Origin: a virus | Virus record (IMG/VR): IMGVR_UViG_3300021139_002062 | DNA: 64,000 nucleotides | Strand: one strand, 5' to 3' | Shown here: positions 51,709 through 60,092 of the stretch, piece after piece | How the letters are laid out: every line of letters begins with the position of its first letter | How positions within the stretch are numbered: the first letter of the stretch is position 1 | The notes under the pieces: generated by a model | What the model was told of the DNA's origin: nothing | Databases searched by the model: none | What the model saw: only the letters and a program-made list of their open reading frames with translations | Program-made: the position numbers and the translations under genes

Positions 51709-54618
51709 TTATTGCCCTTCTTGAGGTGTTTGTGGTTGAGGTTGTTGCTCTTGTTGCTGTTGCATTTGTGCTAATTGTTGTTGATGTTGCTCTTGTGCTT
51801 GTTGCAATTGCTGTTGGTGTTGCTGATCGGTTTGTTGCAAGGTTTGCTCATGCTGTTGCTGTGCTTGCTGTGTTTCTAAGGCGTGTTGCTGTGCGGTTTT
51901 TTCCAATTCAATTTGGTTTCGTACTTGTTCAGCTTGTTGGTCAAATGCTTGTTGCTGAATTGCTAGTCCATGCTGACGAATATCTTGGTTGGCAGCATTG
52001 ATTGCCTCCATAGCAGATTGGTTTTGTTCTGCTTCCAGTTGTTGTTGCTGCTGATCCATCTGTGCTTGGGCTGAAATCATTGCCACACGCTCTTTTGCTG
52101 CGTTATTGATGTTTGCCATTGCAATATCGGTTGCATTACGCTGGTTATCAATGTTTGTTTGGGTAGAATACTTCGCCTGTAACTCTTGAACTTTTTGTTC
52201 CAACTCTGCCAATTTGAGTTGATAGTCTTGCTCTTGTTTTTTAGCCTCCAATTGCATGCGTGCTTGCATTTCTTCCGTTTTGCGTTTGGTTTCTGCCATT
52301 TGGGTTTGCAGAATAACATTGGCGGTAGGATCTTGACCGAGCATTTGTTGCTGTCTTGCCTGTTGTGCCTGAGCAACTTTCTGTGCAAGTACTTGAATTT
52401 GCTGAATATACGGTGCCAAATTGGTTTTAGCATCCATATCCACCATTTTGGAAGCCAAAGCCAAGGCTTTTTGGGCATTTTGGTCAAGAGGCTTCTCTTT
52501 ATGTAACTCAAAATCATCTTTTCCGGAGCCTGCTTCAGCCACATAGGCACGCATCTCTTGCAAATAGTGTAAAGTTAAGTGTTGTTTGATGTGTTCCAAA
52601 GCCAATGGGGCGTAAGTTGGCCCAATAACGGGGTTACCACCATAGGCTGGGTTGTTTGCGTATTCTAAATGCACTTGAATGTGTGCTAAATGGTCTTGAT
52701 CTGGGAATGCCGCTGCTGGTTGACCCATTGTCATAGAGACATTTTCCAACGCTGGGTTTGATTCCACCACTCCAACGGGGTTTGGTAGCACTTCGGAGAT
52801 AGCAGGTATCTTTAATTGGTCTAAAATTCGTTGGTAAACCGCCCGTATGTTGAACATTCCAGGGGGCGCAGAGGTTGCCATCTGCAATAATGCTTGATTT
52901 TGTGCTAAACGCTGGGTTTCTGAAAAAATATTAGGGTCAGAAACGGGTCTAACATCACTGTTATAGGCAAAATCCCGAACTTCAATTTCTTCGCCCGACT
53001 GATTGTCCATTTCGGACAAATACCAGTGGTTAATGCGTGAAATAATCTTTAACGATTTGGCTTGACTACGGTGTAATCGTGCATGAATGGACGAAAACAC
53101 TTTGGCACCTTGTTCAATTAACGCCTGTGTAGTACCAACGGGCATTTGATTGTTGGCTTCACCAATTTTTTCTTCAGAGGTAGTAACAACTCCTTTAGCT
53201 GCATCTGTTAGCCAACCTAATAACTCCATTAACACGCCAGAGGGTTGGTTAAATGGCAATGCCATTGCCAATTTACGCACATCATCAACGCCAGGGGCGC
53301 CTTCAATCTCAATTACCTGGGTTGGCTCGATACGATCTGATTGACCGCCGATACGACCGCCTTTAAGTTTGAGCATAGTCTGGCTGTTATTGATGTGAGC
53401 AGCATCCAACAATGCACGCAAAGCGCCAGTAAGAGCAGCACTAAGACCGCCGATAAGGTGAGGGAGACCGATAGCATAAGCGCCGCGCCAAGGAATAAAC
53501 TTGAATTCGACGTACCAGTCCAATTTTTCGAGTTTTTCGTCATTTGCTTCCCAGTTACGGTAGAGCGAAAGCACTCTGCCAGTGGTTTCATCAATGGTCA
53601 AAATGTAAGGTGCACGTTTACCTTCGGTTTCTGGGTCTTCATCCAACCGCATGAAACAGGTAATCTCATAAATACGACGCAAGCCATCAATATTTTTAGA
53701 TGGTAAATCTTTGCCTTCAATTTTATTGTTGGCTTTTTCAGATTGAGTTTGGTCGTTTAGTGGTGCGTCGGAAGAATATTCCGAATCAATATCGATGTAA
53801 ATACCTTGCTCCACTCGTTGGAGAAAAGTATCTTCCGTAATATCTTGTACTTCCGTTACACGCTGTGCTGTGTAGAAATTGGTGGACGAATAAGGAAGTA
53901 AAATGTTGTCAATCGGCACCCACTCACAAGTTGGACGCTTTTGTTCATCATCATACCGCCATTTTAAAAACTGTGAACCGCCTAATGGGAGTTGGGTTAA
54001 CAACTGCTCCATTTCATCTCGGTACTCTGGAATTTGTTCAGTCAACTGCCAGTTCATAAAGGTTACTTTACGATCTGCAGTGTCCTCTTTGTGCCTATCT
54101 GCCATTCCTTTGATGTTGGACTTTACTAGTCCATCGGGTGGCAATAATTCTTTAGCAGAACTTGCTGCGAAATCTACACAAGCTTCTGCCATAACTGGGT
54201 GAACGACTTTACTAGCACCGTCAAAAGTAGCACCGCCTGGAGCGTCCTTACCAAGACCAGTGCGACGTAAGCCCTCTTCATACTGTTTATCCCTTTGTTT
54301 ACGTGATTCCTGATCAACGTCAATCAAATCGAGATATTCAATTGCCAACGAATTCAAAGTTTGTTCATCAAACTCTTCCGCTAAGTTTGCGTAAAACTCA
54401 GGATTCTTTTGTGGGCCTTGTTTTTCTTGAAAATTGACAACTACCGAACCGTCTTCAAGTTCAATGACTTCTTGCTCCACTTCATCATCATCCAAGTCAA
54501 ACATATCGGCATAGGCTTCCATATCCTTATCTTGTGCTTCTTTGGTTTGTAAATCTTCCTCAGCATCAAGATTAGGCAGATTGCCTCCTTGTCGAATGGG
54601 TAATATTGGATTTGGCAT
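51709..54618 (-). CDS. Portal protein with about 270-aa Gln-rich coiled-coil C-terminal extension (969 aa)
   Basis: Based on position next to terL and on size. The C-terminus is dominated by Q/E/A heptads ending QQQQEQQPQPQTPQEGQ. Confidence 0.6.
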   Translation of the reverse strand: MPNPILPIRQGGNLPNLDAEEDLQTKEAQDKDMEAYADMFDLDDDEVEQEVIELEDGSVVVNFQEKQGPQKNPEFYANLAEEFDEQTLNSLAIEYLDLIDVDQESRKQRDKQYEEGLRRTGLGKDAPGGATFDGASKVVHPVMAEACVDFAASSAKELLPPDGLVKSNIKGMADRHKEDTADRKVTFMNWQLTEQIPEYRDEMEQLLTQLPLGGSQFLKWRYDDEQKRPTCEWVPIDNILLPYSSTNFYTAQRVTEVQDITEDTFLQRVEQGIYIDIDSEYSSDAPLNDQTQSEKANNKIEGKDLPSKNIDGLRRIYEITCFMRLDEDPETEGKRAPYILTIDETTGRVLSLYRNWEANDEKLEKLDWYVEFKFIPWRGAYAIGLPHLIGGLSAALTGALRALLDAAHINNSQTMLKLKGGRIGGQSDRIEPTQVIEIEGAPGVDDVRKLAMALPFNQPSGVLMELLGWLTDAAKGVVTTSEEKIGEANNQMPVGTTQALIEQGAKVFSSIHARLHRSQAKSLKIISRINHWYLSEMDNQSGEEIEVRDFAYNSDVRPVSDPNIFSETQRLAQNQALLQMATSAPPGMFNIRAVYQRILDQLKIPAISEVLPNPVGVVESNPALENVSMTMGQPAAAFPDQDHLAHIQVHLEYANNPAYGGNPVIGPTYAPLALEHIKQHLTLHYLQEMRAYVAEAGSGKDDFELHKEKPLDQNAQKALALASKMVDMDAKTNLAPYIQQIQVLAQKVAQAQQARQQQMLGQDPTANVILQTQMAETKRKTEEMQARMQLEAKKQEQDYQLKLAELEQKVQELQAKYSTQTNIDNQRNATDIAMANINNAAKERVAMISAQAQMDQQQQQLEAEQNQSAMEAINAANQDIRQHGLAIQQQAFDQQAEQVRNQIELEKTAQQHALETQQAQQQHEQTLQQTDQQHQQQLQQAQEQHQQQLAQMQQQQEQQPQPQTPQEGQ

Positions 54619-54650
54619 AAGTTTTATAAAAAATTTGGTGGATTAATGTT

Positions 54651-54691
54651 CCTATCTCTACTAATGCAAAAAATAGGAGGTTTTCGCCCTA
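54651..54691 (-). promoter_or_regulatory. Promoter-like motif P6
   Basis: TAGGGCG-AAAACCTCCTATTTTTT-GCATTAGT-AGAGAT-AGG. Confidence 0.6.
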
Positions 54692-54698
54692 ATTATTT

Positions 54699-56144
54699 TT
54701 ATTGGGCATACGGATTGGCCGTTCGTTTTCTAAAATCATCGTCGGCATAGTCATAATCCCTCGGTGGTAATGGGTCTAATTGCACCCAACCAGAGTCTCG
54801 CAACACTCGAAGGGCTTGGGAAAGGGAGTCCACATAGTCATCATGACCGCCTGCTTCTGGAAATGAGCACACCTGCCGTAAAAAACGTTTTGCCCATTCG
54901 GCAAATTCGCCTTTTTGTTTAGGCTCTTCGGGGATATACACCTTACCTTTTGCTACTAAAGGTGCCACGATGTTTAATCGTTGCACTTTATCGGCGCGCC
55001 CAGGATTGTAACTGCGTACTGGCACACCAGCACCTTGGAGTTCTTGAATAAGGGAGATACCAGCAGATTTGTCCTCCATCAAAATAAGGTCGGCTTTTCG
55101 TCCTTTGGCAAAAGAATTATCGGCGCCGTACACCACTTCTTTAAAATCGCCAATAACTTTGCGTCGTAATTCTGGATAGGACAAATGTGCATCCCAAGCA
55201 TCCAATAAAATCACGCAAGTACCAACATCCGTTTGTTCAAAAATTCCCCAAACAGTACACGCCGTCGGGTCGTTCATGGTTTTTTCCGAGGTGGCTGGAT
55301 CGTAAGAAGCAATCACATACTCCAATTCGGGTGATGGTTTACTTGCTGGCCACATTTTAAACATTTTGCGTTTAATGATACCGGAAGATTCTGGGTCAAG
55401 AATCTGTCCATAAATCTCTTGTTTACCGAGGTCAGACCCTTCGTAACTTTCTAACTGTTTAAAAAAAGTTTCGGATAAGTTTTCTCGGTTGTCGTAGGAA
55501 GATGCGTTGGCTACATACACATCACCGCCAACTTTTCCTTCGTTTAAATCAACAATCAGTTCTTTTGGTTTGGGGGTGGTAGTGATAATTTGCTGGACTC
55601 GTGCTAATCTTGGATCACGAAGACGCAATGTAAACTGCACACCATCATAGGCTTCATCAATGTAATCAAACGCACACAACTCGTCAAACCAAGCACCATG
55701 GTACTGTTTACCACGATACCGTTCTGGTTCTGAGCCAGGAATGCCTTGAATCAACGAGCCATTGTGCAAGGTAATCTCAAACAACGATTTGTTGTAATCT
55801 CGAATTAGGGATGAGGGGATGATATTGAGTAATCCTGAGTCACCTTCAAAACAAGTGGCTCGGATGTCGTTTGATGTGGGGGCGGTAACCAACCAGCGAG
55901 TGTGGTCATAAGTTGCAGCCCGAATGCCAATCCAATGAGATGCGGTATGTGTCTTTCCAGACCCCCGACCAGCCAGCATAAGAAACGTATCATATTCGCC
56001 GTCCTCTGGTTCTTTTTGGTGTGGTAAGGCTTGTAACCTCCACTTAACTTGCCATGTTAATAAATCCAATTTATCTTTTGGCCAATGCTGTCTTGCCTCA
56101 ATAAATTGCTTAATAATCTTTTCTTGTTTTGCTGTTAAAGGCAT
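54699..56144 (-). CDS. terL: Terminase large subunit
   Basis: Walker A LAGRGSGKT and Walker B AWFDELCAF, with a C-terminal RNaseH-like nuclease region (SYDPA..., HDDYVDS). Confidence 0.85.
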   Translation of the reverse strand: MPLTAKQEKIIKQFIEARQHWPKDKLDLLTWQVKWRLQALPHQKEPEDGEYDTFLMLAGRGSGKTHTASHWIGIRAATYDHTRWLVTAPTSNDIRATCFEGDSGLLNIIPSSLIRDYNKSLFEITLHNGSLIQGIPGSEPERYRGKQYHGAWFDELCAFDYIDEAYDGVQFTLRLRDPRLARVQQIITTTPKPKELIVDLNEGKVGGDVYVANASSYDNRENLSETFFKQLESYEGSDLGKQEIYGQILDPESSGIIKRKMFKMWPASKPSPELEYVIASYDPATSEKTMNDPTACTVWGIFEQTDVGTCVILLDAWDAHLSYPELRRKVIGDFKEVVYGADNSFAKGRKADLILMEDKSAGISLIQELQGAGVPVRSYNPGRADKVQRLNIVAPLVAKGKVYIPEEPKQKGEFAEWAKRFLRQVCSFPEAGGHDDYVDSLSQALRVLRDSGWVQLDPLPPRDYDYADDDFRKRTANPYAQ

Positions 56145-57121
56145 GATATGAATCCTTCGCCGACCAGAATGCTATTGTCTGGTCCATCGGTTTCTATGTG
56201 CACACAAAGTTGTGCAGGTAACTTTTTGACCCCCTTGATAAACCGCCTACCATTGTGCACCATAACTTTTGATTTAAAAGTTTGTCCTTCCATCAGTGGT
56301 AACTGAGAACGGAACCAAATGGTGTAGTAGTTTGCGGAGGTTTCGTGCTTTGGTAATATGCGGTGCCCTAAGGATTCCAACAATCCTTGCACCTGTACTG
56401 CTATGGCATGGTATTTCGTAGAAAACCGAAATCGCTGCTTCTCTTTTATAAATTGATGCGACTTAGCATGCAATATGCCTCGTAGCAATTCTATACGTTG
56501 CTCTACCGAAGCCCACAAATAGTTGTTAGGTATTCGGTGGGTTGGCACCCCAATTAAATGGCTTTCCAAAGTGGGCGACACGGAAAACATACGTTCGCCT
56601 TTTGGTAACAAATCATGCTCTCGAATTTTGTAGCCATGTTCCCTAAACTTTTCGTGAACCACTTCTCTAAGCCCAGGGGGCGGTGCCATTTTGACAGGTA
56701 GCCTTCGGGTTTTAAGCCGATTAAAAAACCAAAATCCAAACAAAAAAGGTGGTACTGGCAAAGTTTGATGTGGCAACTCTATGGCACCAGCGGTTGGTAA
56801 GGAATACTCTTCATCGGGCTCCATCAATTCCTCAATGGTTCTAAGGATTAATTGTTTCTCAAACTTTTTTACCCCTTTGTATTTAAACAATCGAACTCGA
56901 TACCCAGTATCTTCCAATAAAAAAGATAGGTTTTGATCACCACTTACTTTCAAATAATCATTAAAAGTAATTTCAAAACAAGAAGTTGCTCGGTACTCTT
57001 GTACCAATGTGACAGTCCGAGGCTTTCCCATTCTGTCAAAAACAATGTCGCCTTTTTTTAAATCGTGTGCAGTTTTCCAATAATCAAGCGTTAGTATCTT
57101 TTGATTCGCCAGTATCGCCAT
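56135..57121 (-). mobile_element. Free-standing Hint (intein-like) plus degenerate LAGLIDADG-like ORF (328 aa)
   Basis: The N-terminus ILTLDYWKTAHDLKKGDIVFDRMGKPRTV resembles intein block A. The central IELLRGILHAKSHQF...LLESLGHR is LAGLIDADG-like. The C-terminus CVHIETDGPDNSILVGEGFIS resembles block F. The TxxH and terminal HN motifs are absent. Confidence 0.5.
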
Positions 57122-57389
57122 AAATTAATTCAACCACCCAATTATCCAACCAACACCCTAACGGCGTTCTTATGTTGCTTTGTACTGTTGCAGGCAACTT
57201 CTTTATAGCAAACAAGTCATTCAGTTTCAAACGAAACTCCATATACTTTGCCGTTTCTTTATCAAAAATGCTATCTGGCACATCCACTGTACCAAAATGG
57301 TACTCAGTGCACACAAACACCCGAAACCCACGAAACCTTCCTTCTGGGGTTTCCAGTGCACCTTGAATTTGATAAGCATATTTAGTCAT
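57084..57389 (-). CDS. Hypothetical protein (101 aa), first gene of the packaging operon, predicted leaderless
   Basis: The ATG is at the predicted +1 of promoter-like motif P7. It overlaps the Hint ORF by 38 nt. Confidence 0.5.
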   Translation of the reverse strand: MTKYAYQIQGALETPEGRFRGFRVFVCTEYHFGTVDVPDSIFDKETAKYMEFRLKLNDLFAIKKLPATVQSNIRTPLGCWLDNWVVELIYGDTGESKDTNA

Positions 57390-57427
57390 ATATCAACTAA
57401 TGCAAAAAATTAATTATTTCCGCCCAA
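57387..57427 (-). promoter_or_regulatory. Promoter-like motif P7
   Basis: TTGGGCG-GAAATAATTAATTTTTT-GCATTAGT-TGATAT-ATG. Confidence 0.55.
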
Positions 57428-57456
57428 TTTCCAAAAATAAACCAAAATTTGTATGG

Positions 57457-57572
57457 GTAGTACTAGTAGTATGGGTATATTCACTCTTTTTGTTTTTTAT
57501 TTTATTAAAAAAAAAAAAAAAAAAAAAAAACTAGAATAAGGGGTACTACTGGTACTACTGGTACACGACTTT
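57457..57572. repeat. Copy B of the repeated intergenic element (A24 tract)
   Basis: Matches 1-120. A diverged continuation (57598-57662) parallels 146-216. Confidence 0.9.
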
Positions 57573-57815
57573 TTAATTGTGGTTTAAATACAATAACTTA
57601 CAGCAATAATGTTTCACGGAATGTTTCACGAAAGGGGTACAAATTTGTATGGGTACAAAAAAATAAATCCGCCCTACTTTTTAAAAAAAAAATTTTAGAA
57701 GTTGACTTTTTTTAGTTTGGTGGCAAATTGCACAAACTTGTGGTTTGGGCTCCCCCCGGCCGCCGCCACGCCGAGAAGGTTCAAATTGGGGGTATCGATT
57801 TTTGGAAGACCCCCT

Positions 57816-58305
57816 TGCACCAGATTGGTGCATTGGTTGCCTGATCATGCCCCAGATTGGTGCAATGGCAGACTGCCGAAGTGAGTACTCACTAACATGG
57901 CTAAGTGAGTGAGTACTAACTAACATCTCCAGGCATAGTGAGTACTTACTAACATGGCTAAGTGAGTGAATACTCACTAACATACAGGCACTGCACCAGG
58001 TTGGTGCATTGGCTGCGTGGCTGCACCAGGTTGGTGCATTGGCTAAGTGAGTGAGTACTAACTAACTAGCTGCACCAATATGGTGCAGTGGTGGAGGGGC
58101 AATGTGGGTTAGTGCTTACTCACTTAGGCGTGGGCGATGTGGCAGTTTGGTGATGTGCGATATAGTGCAAGAATAGAGGGATAATTCATGCATTATTATG
58201 CACAATCAATTTGGAGGCGTTTTAAAGGGGCATAGAGGCATTTTCCCTATTTTTGATACCTTACCATTAAAAAGTAATTATCTCGATTTGCACCAACCTG
58301 GTGCA
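57816..58305. repeat. Array of 17-bp palindromes TGCACCA-N3-TGGTGCA
   Basis: Full sites lie at 57816-57832, 57992-58008, 58022-58038, 58071-58087 and 58289-58305, with a half site at 57850-57864. A diverged copy lies at 59509-59525. Confidence 0.85.
57880..58124. repeat. Array of 14-bp palindromes AGTGAGTACTCACT (six copies, 0-2 mismatches)
   Basis: Copies lie at 57880-57893 (perfect), 57908-57921, 57937-57950, 57965-57978, 58050-58063 and 58111-58124. Three sit within a 28-bp unit GGCTAAGTGAGTGAGTACTAACTAAC. Confidence 0.85.
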
Positions 58306-58443
58306 TCATATAAAGGATCAATTTCCCATTACTTTTAGTAATATTAGGGTAAACCCTATTAGGGTTTTTATTTCTTGTATTTTTTGGTAGATATGCTATT
58401 TTATAGGTGTAGTACTAAACTAATTAATAAAGGAAATAAAACC

Positions 58444-59064
58444 ATGCAAGTATCAACTATTCACATTAGTAAAACGACTGGAAAACTAGATGGATTTAAA
58501 GCGATTAGCACGAATACAACTACTAATCCATATTGCATTAAACAAAATGCCAGTGGTGACAATTCAAATATTTGTACTAAATGTTATTCTCATACAATGC
58601 TAAAATCCTATCGTAAGAATATGCAACCCTCCCTTGAGAGAAATTCTCTAGCACTATCTAATAGCATTTTGCCTAATGAACAATTACCTAAAGTGATGGA
58701 GGCATTTTTTAGATTTAACGCACATGGCGAATTGATTAATGAAAACCATTTAATTAATCTAGTCAATATTGCACTAAATAATCCCCATTGCAATTTTGCA
58801 TTATGGTCAAAAAGGAATGACATTATAACTAAGTATTTCAGTCACAATGAAAAACCTAGTAATCTAATACTAATTTTTTCCAATTCAAAAATATCTAAAG
58901 TGCTACCAAAACCACCAAAATATTTTGACAAAACCTTTAACAATGTGTTAGAAAATGAGTTTGTAGAATCGCAAAATTGTACGGGTCAACAATGCAAGAA
59001 TTGTTTATTGTGTTATTCTCATAATAATGTAAATACAATCGTTGAAAAGGTTAAAAAGTATTAA
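58444..59064 (+). CDS. Cys-rich GP88-family-like protein (206 aa)
   Basis: NPYC...CTKCYSH, FRFNAHGEL...P.CNFALWSK and C..C..CLLCYSH resemble PF17338 (GP88; recalled, unverified). ATG 58444 is the preferred start. Confidence 0.45.
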   Translation: MQVSTIHISKTTGKLDGFKAISTNTTTNPYCIKQNASGDNSNICTKCYSHTMLKSYRKNMQPSLERNSLALSNSILPNEQLPKVMEAFFRFNAHGELINENHLINLVNIALNNPHCNFALWSKRNDIITKYFSHNEKPSNLILIFSNSKISKVLPKPPKYFDKTFNNVLENEFVESQNCTGQQCKNCLLCYSHNNVNTIVEKVKKY

Positions 59065-59150
59065 TACCTATTAATCCATTATGCTAATATAGTGGATTAA
59101 TGGATTATTATTACAATAATCAATTTTATTAATTAAATAGGGGTTATATT

Positions 59151-59330
59151 ATGTCATGGGATTTTAAAAACGGAGGGTTTTGTAGTAAAAGCGAATTTTT
59201 CGAATATCTAAGAGATATTGAGAGATTATCCACTAAAGATATTGAGAATAAGTTTAAAGGTTTAACCGATGAGGAAATAGAAAATTATTCAAGAAAATAT
59301 ATCGATAATGAATATATTATATTTAAATAA
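59151..59330 (+). CDS. Hypothetical protein (59 aa)
   Basis: Hand-translated: MSWDFKNGGFCSKSEFFEYL... with an ATAGGGGTTATATTATG leader, followed by a terminator. Confidence 0.5.
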   Translation: MSWDFKNGGFCSKSEFFEYLRDIERLSTKDIENKFKGLTDEEIENYSRKYIDNEYIIFK

Positions 59331-59354
59331 TTACTAATACTTGCCCTACCAAAT

Positions 59355-59382
59355 AACCCTAGTATTTACTAGGGTTTTTTTT
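59355..59382 (+). terminator. Rho-independent terminator
   Basis: Stem AACCCTAGTA/TACTAGGGTT followed by T8. Confidence 0.7.
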
Positions 59383-59403
59383 ATGTGTTGTTTCTAGGCA
59401 ACA

Positions 59404-59741
59404 TAGGGTAAACCCCTATTGACAATCCACTGTTGCAGCAAAACAACAGATTACCTGATTGTTGTATAAATACTACATTAGGGTAAACCCCTATTGACTT
59501 TTTGATAATGCACCAAATCGGTGCGCCTGGATTAGGGTAAACCCTAAGCGTCAAAACGGCCCATATTCAACGATCTACACCCACCTAACCCACTTGTATC
59601 AAACCCATACAAAACGCCTCTATGACCCCTTAAAACCCGTTTAAATCGATGTCATTTTTTTACTTATTAAAACCCTTGTAAATTATTTAGTAAAACCTAG
59701 GGTAAACCCTAATAGACAAATTACTTGTATTTGTTTATCCT
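59404..59741 (+). promoter_or_regulatory. Early regulatory array: four TAGGGTAAACCC(C)TA operator-like palindromes, three abutting T(T/A)GAC(A/T)
   Basis: Sites lie at 59404-59418 (+TTGACA), 59479-59493 (+TTGACT), 59533-59546 and 59698-59711 (+TAGACA-N17-TATCCT ending at 59741). Confidence 0.55.
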
Positions 59742-59790
59742 AAAAGTGTAGTAATTAATTAATTAATTTAATTTTATAGGGGTTTTAATT

Positions 59791-60090
59791 ATGTTTACAT
59801 TAAATGATATTGAAAATATCGAAGTCAACGATTGTGATGAGATAGATTATTTTTGTTCAATTCAAAATGCCATAAATAGCGGTATGTGGGGGCTACAAGG
59901 TTCTTACGGTAGAGCGATGATGGACGCTATTAATGGCGGATATTGTCTCTTAGGTAAAAAGGCATTTAAAGATTATTGGGGGAATGTAATACCATCTCGT
60001 TTTGATGTGGTATCAGATTCTAAAGGGGGCATTGATTATGTTAGAAACATCATGGGTGAAGAGTGGTACAAAATGATGGAGATTATTTAA
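59791..60090 (+). CDS. Hypothetical protein (99 aa)
   Basis: ORF with an ATAGGGGTTTTAATTATG leader. Confidence 0.6.
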   Translation: MFTLNDIENIEVNDCDEIDYFCSIQNAINSGMWGLQGSYGRAMMDAINGGYCLLGKKAFKDYWGNVIPSRFDVVSDSKGGIDYVRNIMGEEWYKMMEII

Positions 60091-60092
60091 TC

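Noticed and set aside
51726-52550. Several 90-157-aa ORFs on both strands within the portal 3' region.
   Set aside because: They are generated by CAA/CAG/TTG low-complexity sequence encoding the Gln-rich tail.
54699-57121. An active intein interrupting the terminase large subunit.
   Set aside because: terL is complete, with its own ATG and a Walker A near residue 60. The Hint-like ORF is in a different frame, lacks Cys1/TxxH/HN, and the terL frame is closed 9 codons upstream of its ATG.
57681-57983. 100-aa minus-strand ORF (and the 60-aa plus-strand ORF at 57702-57884) across the palindrome array.
   Set aside because: Its sequence (SLSHVSKYSL...SLSHVSEYSL) is simply the translated repeat unit. 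There is no RBS and it sits in a region dense with dyad-symmetric sites. I treated it as non-coding.
57880-58070. GTGAGT ... TACTAAC strings resembling eukaryotic 5' splice site and branch-point consensus sequences.
   Set aside because: They are the two halves of a 14-bp palindrome (AGTGAGTACTCACT) followed by AAC, in a phage context. The resemblance is a coincidence of the palindrome sequence.
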